A stretch of DNA of 64,000 nucleotides from Candidatus Poribacteria bacterium. GTDB taxonomy: Bacteria; Poribacteria; WGA-4E; WGA-3G. Both the position numbers and the translations under genes were made by a program. The DNA is taken from assembly GCA_963665235.2 (NCBI GenBank), contig CAXXLX010000001.1, forward strand, positions 2,272,001 to 2,336,000, in the 5' to 3' direction. The notes below the pieces were generated by a model. That model saw only the letters and a list, made by a program, of their open reading frames with translations. It did no database searches and had not been told where the DNA came from. Position 1 is the stretch's first letter, and the number at the start of each line of letters is the position of its first letter. Below, piece by piece: positions 47,854 to 56,918 of the stretch.

Positions 47854-48966
47854 TTATTGGATGTTTATTTTTAATGGACACATATTGAACCGGGTCCATT
47901 GTAGAAAGATTCTACTCACTAAAATATGGCTTCCCTTCAGAAACACCTTGAGTTGTCCCCACTGCACAGGCTGCTTGCCGGCAGGCGACACCGCCAGGGG
48001 ACCACGGATCCAGTGAGGGTCAAAGTCCCCAGCCACATGTTTGGTTAGGTTTGTTAATTGGCGACTTTTCAGATCATAGCGATAGATGTCATAGTACGCT
48101 GTCTCGTCAGTCCAGTCTTCTTCCAACGATAAGAGCACTGTCCGGTCATCGCCCATCCAACAACTCCTCGAAGCGATTAACGTCTCTTTTGGGAATTCGT
48201 GTACCTCAAGATGTCCTGTCCGAAGATTCAGAATCATAAGACGCGTAGCAACTCTATCTTGTAGATTAGGCGTTCGTTCTGTTTCCCGATACATAATGTA
48301 TTTGCCTGATGGAGACCAACTCGGTGTGCTTAGAAAAAATGTTCCTGGTCGCGGGGAACTGACCCGCTTTTTCTTTGTGCCATCGGCATTCATAATCCAA
48401 ATGGTATTGCCATGAGGCCCCTCACGTTCATAAGCAAGCTGCTTGCTATCAGGTGACCAAGCCATACCGAAGGATGCAGCAACATCACCATCGTTCGTCA
48501 GCTGTTTCAGGGTCCCACTTTCTAAAGTGAAAACATAAATATGCCACTCTTCGCCGCGCACACTATTAAAAGCGATATGCTTACCGTCCGGAGACACCAT
48601 CGGCTCCCTATCTGTTGGATGGTTTTCCATAAACTTCTCCTCCTTACCACTTTTGACATCAAGAATATAAAACTCAGAATTCGCATTGTGAAGAAGTGGA
48701 TCCCCACGGGTCAAGTCTCTTTCAAACAGAATCTGTTTCCCATCCGGAAACCAACTCGGGTTTCGGTCGTAAAACGTTGAGTCTGTTATTCGCCGCACAT
48801 TGCTACCATCGTCTTCCATCACAAAGAGCTGGCGGGTTTCACCGTCTACACGTTTTGAAGTAAAAACGATTTCAGCTTGAGAGAGGATAGGAAAAAGCAG
48901 CAACAGGAAAATGAGCACCTTGATGTCAGCATAGCGGTATCGTCCAATGAAAAGGTTCTGTATCAT
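47854..48966 (-). CDS. TolB-like (PD40) beta-propeller secreted protein
   Basis: Repeated PSW(F/S)PDGK units; signal-like helix; AAAGGAG RBS. Confidence 0.85.
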   Translation of the reverse strand: MIQNLFIGRYRYADIKVLIFLLLLFPILSQAEIVFTSKRVDGETRQLFVMEDDGSNVRRITDSTFYDRNPSWFPDGKQILFERDLTRGDPLLHNANSEFYILDVKSGKEEKFMENHPTDREPMVSPDGKHIAFNSVRGEEWHIYVFTLESGTLKQLTNDGDVAASFGMAWSPDSKQLAYEREGPHGNTIWIMNADGTKKKRVSSPRPGTFFLSTPSWSPSGKYIMYRETERTPNLQDRVATRLMILNLRTGHLEVHEFPKETLIASRSCWMGDDRTVLLSLEEDWTDETAYYDIYRYDLKSRQLTNLTKHVAGDFDPHWIRGPLAVSPAGKQPVQWGQLKVFLKGSHILVSRIFLQWTRFNMCPLKINIQ

Positions 48967-49035
48967 AGAACATCTCCTTTTGAGGAATACGGATGTTCCG
49001 ATGTGAAACATCCGCATTCACAAGAATTGAGGAAT

Positions 49036-49931
49036 TCACTTCCGATTTGTATGTGTAGCCTCGGCTTTTGCGGTCCATTCATCGTCATTCGCATCATCAC
49101 CTAAGTGATATGCTGCGACCTCAACATACATTTTGACTCTGAATGTATCACCGTCCTCCCAATTATTTGTGTGCAGCGTCATGGAAACGCTGTCGTGATG
49201 GACTTCAGAGGTTCCGGGTTTTACTATCGGGAATTTAATGTCTCCAGCACCATTAGGGCCTACCAGATACTGTATCACATCGGCATCCTCTCGCCCACCG
49301 CGGGGGTTTGGATTAATCCGTGCAACGTAATGCCCCGGCCAAAAACCGGTTCCTATATTCTTATTAGCCATAGGGTTAAAGACCCTTAAAAACGATGAAC
49401 CGACGGCTTCCCAATTGGACGTTCTTCCCGGTCGAGGAATCTCTTTCCAGGTCACCTGTGTGATTTCCGCCCAACCCCAACATCCCGTTATGGTCCCCTT
49501 GCTTTCGTCCACAAGAGGTTTATACACCGTTACGGTGTAGGATTTGGTATCTGAAAGCGTCTCACTGTGATCTTCTTGATCCCACGCTTTTGCCTTAATC
49601 TCGTACTTTTCGCCTTGTACGCTACCAGTGAGGTAAGTATAGAAAGAATCTTCAGTCGGCCCGTTTTCATCGCCCTCGTAACCGCCGGGGGTAACCTGAA
49701 CCAGATTCCCATTCACATACCAGTGAATGGTATAATAGGGTCTATCCGTTTTAAGATAAGATAAGTCCCATGGTACGCACCATAACCATAATCCCATGCT
49801 TCGGACGATGACCAATTTTCGGGTTCCATTTTCTCAATCTCAAGGGCATCTGTTATGCTCACAAAACTGAAGAGAAAGAGGACCATGCTCACACTTATGA
49901 CCAACCCTATTTTCAATGTGGATTTGTACAT
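49036..49931 (-). pseudogene. Secreted hypothetical protein split by a 5-nt duplication frameshift
   Basis: Signal peptide MYKSTLKIG...TDA. Removing one CTTAT unit at ~49752-49765 gives continuous ...HGTYLKTDRPYY... Confidence 0.75.
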
Positions 49932-50151
49932 TTCTTTCTCCTTATGACACCCGCGTGGGGTATCTGTCTGTAGAAAAATCAACGTCCGGGACGTTGGTTT
50001 TCTTTACCGCTTGTAAATTAACAGCGGATATGAAGGAAACGGACTTGATATCCGACCATTTCCAGTTTCGGATAAATGGGGCGTTCCTGAGTTCCATTAA
50101 CACGGTTGCTAATTGGGTTCAACAGAAACATCTTAACGTAATGAATATTCG

Positions 50152-50168
50152 TGCAAATTCCGTGCCAA
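50152..50168 (-). promoter_or_regulatory. sigma54 (-24/-12) promoter
   Basis: Minus strand TTGGCACGGAATTTGCA matches TGGCACG-N4-TTGC. Confidence 0.75.
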
Positions 50169-50254
50169 TTTCTGGAAAATACCGTGCTACTCCGAGAAGG
50201 CACTTACAGTGTAGCATCATCGCTCTTTCTGTCTTTCTAATAGCAAAATGTTAC

Positions 50255-50440
50255 TGTTCAGATTCTGGACAGACCTTTTTCATAATTTGGACATTTTCGC
50301 TGAATTTATAGCGAAATCTACAAATATCCACACATTGATAAACCCAGTGACAGTAGGCGATGATGGCATTTTTACTACCTGTTTTCCGCGATAAGGTGCT
50401 ACTGTCCAGATTCTGGACAACACTTGTCAAAATTTGAACA
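50255..50440. promoter_or_regulatory. Two pairs of palindromic enhancer (UAS) sites
   Basis: TGTTCAGATTCTGGACA (50255), TGTCCAGATTCTGGACA (50403, perfect IR); degenerate partners at 50277 and 50424. Confidence 0.6.
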
Positions 50441-50590
50441 CTCAAGGTTTATCAATTTGCGGTTTTCCAAATCATGGCGATAGGTATTTAAGAAAGATCA
50501 AGACTTACGCAGATTCGGGTTCATAGCGTAGATTTTCCAAACTATTTACACATCCCATTTGTCCATCCATTTACCCCATTTACGCACCAT

Positions 50591-50619
50591 TTGACAAAAG
50601 CGTTATTTCATGGTATAAT
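50591..50619 (+). promoter_or_regulatory. sigma70 promoter upstream of sdh operon
   Basis: TTGACA-17bp-TATAAT with extended TG. Confidence 0.6.
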
Positions 50620-50958
50620 GTTCTAAAATAGGATCAAAAATCTAAGTTGCTCGGATGAAAGAGGCATTCGCTGCCTAATTCAACGCGAAACATCCCTTAA
50701 AATTTAAAGCATTCGGTTAGAAATATCCGCCGGTGTCGACCTCCGGACGTAAAGTAGGAAAAATAACTCAACCATCAACGCCGATGTCTCTATACCCGGC
50801 ATAACTTTGTAACAAGTTTCGATAGTTTGTGGTCACTACCCTTCGCGATATCTCGTTTTTACACAGCAATCCAAAAAAAGAAAAAATAGCTTGCTTTTAA
50901 TCCTTTTCTATAGTATCATAGTATCCATAAAGAAATATGTAGAAGGGAAAAATCACCT

Positions 50959-51771
50959 ATGGCACAGCCAGAGCTCACATTAACAGCACATCGCCCGTTT
51001 CAAACCCAACGCCAAGACACCTGGTGGGTACAACCGCTATCCGTCCTTATCGGACTGGGCCTATTTATCGTTTACGCCACCTTCCGGGTTTTTGAAGGTG
51101 CCCATTTTCTTCACGGCCCCTATTTGTCGCCTTTCTATTCACCGCTCCTTTTTGGGATGAACGAGGTGGCACATAGCGTTGAGCATAGTTGGTTTGGGCA
51201 GATGCCTGCTTGGATTCCCGGTTTTATTACCCCAGCGGTCCTGATTTTGTGGGCACCTTTAGGATTTCGCTTTACCTGCTACTATTACCGCGGGGCATAT
51301 TACAAAGCATTCTGGGCAGACCCACCCTCTTGCACGGTGTCGGAACCGCGTAAAGGTTATCGAGGTGAACACTCCTTTCCTTTGATTGTGCAAAATATCC
51401 ATAGATATTTCCTTTACGTCGCGTTTGTCATCCTTGGCGTACTCGCCTATGATGTATGGAAAGCGTTATGGTTTGACGATGGAAACGGGGGAAAAACCTT
51501 CGGCATCGGGATAGGCACTCTCATCTTAGCAGGCAATGTTATCTTACTAGGCGGATATACCCTCGGATGTCACTCCTTACGCCACCTCGTTGGCGGTGCA
51601 GTGAATTTACTGTCTAAAGCACCGGTGCGGCGAAATATGTATAACTGCGTCAGCTGTCTAAACCGCAGACACATGCTCTGGGCATGGATGAGCCTCTGTT
51701 GGGTAGGTCTCTCCGATTTGTATGTCCGAACAGTTGCCACCACCGGTTGGCAGGACTGGATTACGTTTTGA
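50959..51771 (+). CDS. sdhC: Succinate dehydrogenase membrane anchor, actinobacterial Sdh1 type
   Basis: FRFTCYYYRGAYY, QNIHRYF, GCHSLRH motifs; directly upstream of sdhA. Confidence 0.85.
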   Translation: MAQPELTLTAHRPFQTQRQDTWWVQPLSVLIGLGLFIVYATFRVFEGAHFLHGPYLSPFYSPLLFGMNEVAHSVEHSWFGQMPAWIPGFITPAVLILWAPLGFRFTCYYYRGAYYKAFWADPPSCTVSEPRKGYRGEHSFPLIVQNIHRYFLYVAFVILGVLAYDVWKALWFDDGNGGKTFGIGIGTLILAGNVILLGGYTLGCHSLRHLVGGAVNLLSKAPVRRNMYNCVSCLNRRHMLWAWMSLCWVGLSDLYVRTVATTGWQDWITF

Positions 51772-51807
51772 TGAATATCGTGTTAAGAGAAGTGAGGACA
51801 TTTTAGC

Positions 51808-53625
51808 GTGGCATCTTATGAAACTTTTGACTATGATGTATTAATAATCGGTGCGGGCGGAGCAGGACTGCGCGCCGCCATTGAGGCAGCTACAGGTGAC
51901 CTGAAGGTCGGTCTCGTTTGCAAATCTCTACTCGGAAAAGCACACACCGTTATGGCGGAGGGCGGAGTCGCCGCCGCATTGGCAAATGTGGACGAAAGGG
52001 ACAGCTGGCGGGTTCATTTCGCTGACACCATGCGTGGCGGACAATACCTTTCTAACGCCCGAATGGCTGAACTTCATGCAAAGGAATCACCGGACCGCGT
52101 CCGCGAACTTGAAGCATGGGGGGCACTCTTCGATCGGACCCAAGATGGCAGTATCCTCCAACGTAATTTTGGCGGACATCAGTACCCACGGCTTGCACAC
52201 GTCGGTGACCGAACCGGTTTAGAGATGATTCGTGCTTTGCAAGACCACGGTATTCATCAAGGCATTGAGGTCCACATGGAGAATACCGTCGTTTCACTTC
52301 TCAAAACGGGTGATAGGGTTTCAGGTGCATTCGGCTACGAACGCGAAAAGGGACGGTTCAAAATCTTCGCTGCAAAGGCGGTCGTGTTGGCAACCGGGGG
52401 TGTCGGCAAGGCGTATAAAATCACTAGCAACAGCTGGGAATATACCGGCGACGGTCATTCGCTTGCCTACCACGCGGGGGCAGAACTGATTGATATGGAG
52501 TTTGTGCAATTTCATCCGACCGGCATGGTGTGGCCTCCGAGTGTGCGCGGAATTTTGGTTACAGAAGGCGTTCGCGGCGAAGGCGGCATCCTTAAAAATA
52601 GCGAAGGCAAACGTTTCATGTTTGACGACATTCCGGAACTCTATGTGAACCAAACAGCCGACAATCCCGAAGAAGGATGGCTCTATACACAAGGCGACCG
52701 CGAGGCACGTAGACCCCCGGAATTGCTAACTCGCGACCATGTTGCACGTTGTATCGTCCGAGAAGTACAGGAGGGCAGAGGCAGTCCTCACGGCGGAGTC
52801 TTTTTAGATATTGCGTGGATTCGGGAAAAACTCCCCAACGCCCCAGAACACATCCGCAGGAAACTGCCGAGCATGTACCATCAATTCAAGGAACTCGCTG
52901 ACATTGACATCACGGCTGAACCTATGGAGGTAGGACCAACGACACACTATATTATGGGCGGTATCCGCGTTGATGCCGATACCCAAATGACATGTGTGCC
53001 TGGCCTTTTCGCAGCAGGTGAGTGTGCAGCGGGATTACACGGTGCCAATCGCCTCGGTGGCAACTCCCTATCCGACCTGCTTGTCTTCGGAAAACGGGCG
53101 GGTGAATACGCCGCACAATTTGCATCCGAAAACGGATCGGTACCGCTCGAGGAGAGCGGCATAGATGATATTGCACAGCAGGTCCTCAAATCCTTTGACA
53201 ACCCAGCGGAGGGCGATAACCCGTACCAGATTCAGGCGCAACTTCAAGACAAAATGCAGGAATTAGTAGGAATTGCAAGAAGTCAAGAGAGTCTGACGCA
53301 AGCCCTGGCGGAGATTCAGATTTTGCGGGAAAAGGCGGACAATGTCCACACTATCGGCAATCGAGAATATAATGCAGGGTGGCACACCGCGCTTGACCTT
53401 GACTGCCTGCTCACTATTTCAGAGGCTATTGCACTCGCGGCACTTGAACGGAAAGCCAGTATCGGCGCGCATTCCCGCGATGATTACCCCGAAAAGGAGG
53501 AGCCGGCGGCAGGGAAATATAACACCATCGTCCGAAAAGCTGACGATGGCACGATGGCTATTCGGCGTGACCCCGTTCCTGAATTATCTGAAGAACTTCA
53601 GAAAATCATAGCCGAAATAGGATAA
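51808..53625 (+). CDS. sdhA: Succinate dehydrogenase/fumarate reductase flavoprotein
   Basis: GAGGAG, KAHTVMAEGG, QFHPTG, HYIMGG, GANRLGGNSL. Confidence 0.95.
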   Translation: MASYETFDYDVLIIGAGGAGLRAAIEAATGDLKVGLVCKSLLGKAHTVMAEGGVAAALANVDERDSWRVHFADTMRGGQYLSNARMAELHAKESPDRVRELEAWGALFDRTQDGSILQRNFGGHQYPRLAHVGDRTGLEMIRALQDHGIHQGIEVHMENTVVSLLKTGDRVSGAFGYEREKGRFKIFAAKAVVLATGGVGKAYKITSNSWEYTGDGHSLAYHAGAELIDMEFVQFHPTGMVWPPSVRGILVTEGVRGEGGILKNSEGKRFMFDDIPELYVNQTADNPEEGWLYTQGDREARRPPELLTRDHVARCIVREVQEGRGSPHGGVFLDIAWIREKLPNAPEHIRRKLPSMYHQFKELADIDITAEPMEVGPTTHYIMGGIRVDADTQMTCVPGLFAAGECAAGLHGANRLGGNSLSDLLVFGKRAGEYAAQFASENGSVPLEESGIDDIAQQVLKSFDNPAEGDNPYQIQAQLQDKMQELVGIARSQESLTQALAEIQILREKADNVHTIGNREYNAGWHTALDLDCLLTISEAIALAALERKASIGAHSRDDYPEKEEPAAGKYNTIVRKADDGTMAIRRDPVPELSEELQKIIAEIG

Positions 53626-53660
53626 GCACAACACCCCGGAGGAAAGCGAAAAATGACGGA

Positions 53661-54080
53661 TAAACCTTAACAGGTTTCCCAAGCATTTATGCTTGGGTCC
53701 AACCCCGTTTTTGTGTTGATAAGAAAAGATATTTGCTTTTGAGTTATTTTTGTGATATAATATTAACAGCATCGTGGATAGGAGTTCTACGCTGCACACG
53801 ACTCCGTGCGGGTCCTATCCCTCACCTGTCCAATGGTGTGTGATGTTGATGCGAAATCATCTCAAATATGTTAGTTAAAAAGTACGGTGGGGCACACCGG
53901 AATTCACGCTTGTGGAGTCCAACTAAGACCCGCTAACTCTCATGCCAATGAGAGGGGGGCACGAGAGACAGGCTTCAGGCAAACAGCCTGCTCTTAAGCA
54001 GGAACAGCCATTTAGGAGGCAAATATGTCTACTGATTTAAGAGCTAAGAACCCCACTCCTTTAGGTGTGGGAGATGTCAG
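53661..54080 (+). mobile_element. Non-autonomous IS200/IS605-family mini-element (420 bp) inserted in sdhB codon 3
   Basis: Left end (CCCAAGCATTTATGCTTGGG hairpin) and right end (CCCACTCCTTTAGGxGTGGGAG...TCA) are shared with the tnpB element at 54.8 kb; tnpB-3'/omega-RNA-like sequence; excision restores MTDKATFRIW. Confidence 0.82.
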
Positions 54081-54816
54081 TAAAGCGACTTTTAGAATCT
54101 GGCGCGGCGATGCAGACGCAGCACAATTTGTGGATTACGAAACCGAAATCGGCGAAGGCATGGTAGTCCTAGACGCTGTCCACCGTATCCAAGCCGAACA
54201 AGCAAATGACCTCGCTGTCAGATGGAACTGTAAGGCAGGAAAATGTGGCTCCTGCTCCGCAGAGGTGAACGGCAACCCCAAATTAATGTGTATGACACGG
54301 CTCAACGATTTACCGCTTGACGAACCGATCACCATCGAACCGATGCGTGCATTTCCCCTCATCAGAGACCTCGTTACAGACGTATCATGGAATTTTAAAG
54401 TCAAAAAGAAGATGAAACCTTTCACACCGCGCCCCCCTGACGCAGAGGATGGAACGTGGCGCATGGAACAGGAGGACATTGAGCATATTCAAGAATTCCG
54501 AAAATGCATTGAATGTTTTCTCTGTCAAGATGTTTGTCACGTCCTGCGCGAGCATGACCTCCACGATGAATTTGTCGGACCCCGTTTCTTCGTCTACGCC
54601 GCCTCTTTGGAGATGCATCCGATAGATACTGAAAATCGGTTAGAAGAATTGAAGGATTCGGACGGTATCGGGTACTGTAACATCACTAAATGCTGTACGA
54701 AAGTCTGTCCGGAGCATATCACAATTACGGATAACGCAATTATTCCGCTTAAGGAACGCGTCGTCGACGAATTCTATGACCCGATTAAAAAGCTCTTCCG
54801 TATTTTTAAGGGGTAA
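54025..54816 (+). CDS. sdhB: Succinate dehydrogenase iron-sulfur subunit
   Basis: NCKAGKCGSC, CIECFLC, CNITKCC..VCP. Start and first ~18 codons lie inside the IS end. Confidence 0.95.
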   Translation: MSTDLRAKNPTPLGVGDVSKATFRIWRGDADAAQFVDYETEIGEGMVVLDAVHRIQAEQANDLAVRWNCKAGKCGSCSAEVNGNPKLMCMTRLNDLPLDEPITIEPMRAFPLIRDLVTDVSWNFKVKKKMKPFTPRPPDAEDGTWRMEQEDIEHIQEFRKCIECFLCQDVCHVLREHDLHDEFVGPRFFVYAASLEMHPIDTENRLEELKDSDGIGYCNITKCCTKVCPEHITITDNAIIPLKERVVDEFYDPIKKLFRIFKG

Positions 54817-54838
54817 GCCTATCGCAATGCTTGATGGA

Positions 54839-55578
54839 TAAACCTTAACAAGTTTCCCAAGCATTTATGCTTGGGGCCAACCCCCGTGTTTTGTGCGTTG
54901 ATAAGAAAAGATATTTGCTTTTGAGTTGTTTTTGTGGTATAATTACCCTGTCAGGTTGGCAAGGATAACGCGTGTAACCTCTTGGTTCCGTGCTTGCCTC
55001 CCACTTGTTAGGGGATAAACGCCTGGTACCTGATGGTTTCCGATGATAAAGACACACAAAATCACGTTAAATCCAAATCGCGAGCAGATAGTTTGGTTTT
55101 TTCAGCAATGCGGTTATGCGAAGTTTGCTTATAATCAAGCCTTGTCTGATTTTAAAACCGAACTTGCCTTGGATAACTTCTTATGCAAAAATCGCCTTTC
55201 GAAGCGCTTCAATAAGAAAAAGAAAGCTTTTGAGTGGACCCCCTCACAAGATCAACGTGCTGCGAAATACGCGATAGACCATCTCGGCTGCGCGATTGAT
55301 AACTGGATAGGAAAGCGTGCGGGTTTTCCGAAGTTTAAGCGTCGCGGTTGCAAGCATTCCTACCAAACGGACGAACAATCAGTTCGGATAGAGACTATCA
55401 TTGTCAAAAGTGTGGATTTCGCGAAGAGCGCGATGTGAATGCGGCTCTCAACTTACGACAAGTCGCGGTGGGATACACCGAGACATAAAACGCTTATGGA
55501 GTCCGTGTAAGCCCTCTATTGAGGAGGCTTTGGACGATGAAGTAAGAGGTCCCACTCCTTTAGGGGTGGGAGTATCAC
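54839..55578 (+). mobile_element. Degenerate IS200/IS605-family element with deleted tnpB
   Basis: Same left and right end hairpins as 53661-54080; contains tnpB fragments. Confidence 0.85.
55043..55488 (+). pseudogene. tnpB: tnpB, internally deleted and frameshifted
   Basis: N-terminus MIKTHKITLNP...CGYAKFAYNQAL...GFPKFK; another frame gives C-terminus YHCQKCGFREERDVNAALNL; central RuvC region missing. Confidence 0.85.
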
Positions 55579-55769
55579 GAAGACAGTCTACTCCCGCCTA
55601 GCGTAGAGTTAATTAACTTAGATGTTGAGGATTTAAGCATTGACCCCTATGAATTTTTGGAATTATCGCCATAAAATCATTGGTGTCACTCAAACTGCTA
55701 CCCCTTTAGTGTACGAGTATATAGAATTAACTATAATGTCTTTTTCCCTATCCCGGAGATGCTAAAACA

Positions 55770-56903
55770 ATGGCAAGCAAAAACGATATTTTAAGAGTAG
55801 GTGTGATTGGTCCTGGCGGTGCTGGCCGTGGCAACACACTCGGCTTTGCAACCCGTCCCGATGCGCAAGTTGTCGCTGCTGCGGATGCGCATGAGGGAAG
55901 TTTAGATGCGTTAGAAAACGCGCTTCAGCAACGGGTTGAAGATTATAAACCGAATAGTCTTAAGCGATATCTCGGTGAACACGAATTTATCGAGATGCTC
56001 AATCATGAAGACCTTGATATTGTGGGGGTTTTCTCACCGCATTCCTTGCATGATATTCATGTGAAGTACGCGCTCCGCGCGGGGTGTCATGTCATCGTTG
56101 AAAAGCCGATGGCGAATATTGTCGGGGATGCAATTACGATAACCAAAATTGCGCTCGGCAGCGAATTGCACCTTGTCGGCGGGTATCAGCGTCACTATGA
56201 CAATACCTATATAGCTGGCAGACGTGCGATTGCGGAGGGCCGCATCGGGACCCTCAAAAAGTTTGAGGTCTACATGGCACAGCGATGGGGGGCTGGTGGT
56301 TGGCGTGGTGACCCACGTTTTTCAGGCGGTGGACAACCCAACGACTCTGGCAGTCATCTCCAGGATATTTTTCTCTGGATGACAGGCGCGCTTCCCGCGG
56401 AGGTCTACGGCACAACCGACATGAAATTTGAGGACAACGACGGAAATTTAGTCCCGAAGTTCGTCGAGATTAATTCCTACTCCGACGTAAAACTAGATAA
56501 CGGGGCTGAAGGCACTATTACTATCCTCGGTAACACACGCGTCGGATTCGAAGAGTGGGTGATTCTCGAGGGTGATGAAGGCACCATTGAAATCAAGGGT
56601 GGCATCCGTTATATCCCCAAAGGTGGAGAAGCGGAACCGCTTGAATATCCAAGACCCGAAGGATACCCCAGCAGTAAGGTGGACCAACTTGTCGGCCTCG
56701 CCAAAGGCAACTACGATACGAACTACACATCCGGGGTCAACGGCATCCGAACGAGTTGGTTGACAAATTCTATCCTCGAAGCAGGCCGGGGCCCCGAACC
56801 CAAAAACCGCGTGGATTGCAATAACCTTATAGAGAAAGAGGGGTACAATTACCAAGCGATTTTAGACTTAATCGATGAATGTGCATCGAAAAAGATGTAT
56901 TGA
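55770..56903 (+). CDS. Gfo/Idh/MocA family oxidoreductase
   Basis: RVGVIGPG, HVIVEKPMA, GGG..NDSGSH.QD. Confidence 0.9.
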   Translation: MASKNDILRVGVIGPGGAGRGNTLGFATRPDAQVVAAADAHEGSLDALENALQQRVEDYKPNSLKRYLGEHEFIEMLNHEDLDIVGVFSPHSLHDIHVKYALRAGCHVIVEKPMANIVGDAITITKIALGSELHLVGGYQRHYDNTYIAGRRAIAEGRIGTLKKFEVYMAQRWGAGGWRGDPRFSGGGQPNDSGSHLQDIFLWMTGALPAEVYGTTDMKFEDNDGNLVPKFVEINSYSDVKLDNGAEGTITILGNTRVGFEEWVILEGDEGTIEIKGGIRYIPKGGEAEPLEYPRPEGYPSSKVDQLVGLAKGNYDTNYTSGVNGIRTSWLTNSILEAGRGPEPKNRVDCNNLIEKEGYNYQAILDLIDECASKKMY

Positions 56904-56918
56904 TAAGGAGAAAAAACG

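Noticed and set aside
53661-54080. IStron / self-splicing group I intron in sdhB
   Set aside because: No group I core recognised; splicing after the U and at the terminal G would create GAT-TAA (stop). An internal RBS and ATG explain the rescue more simply.
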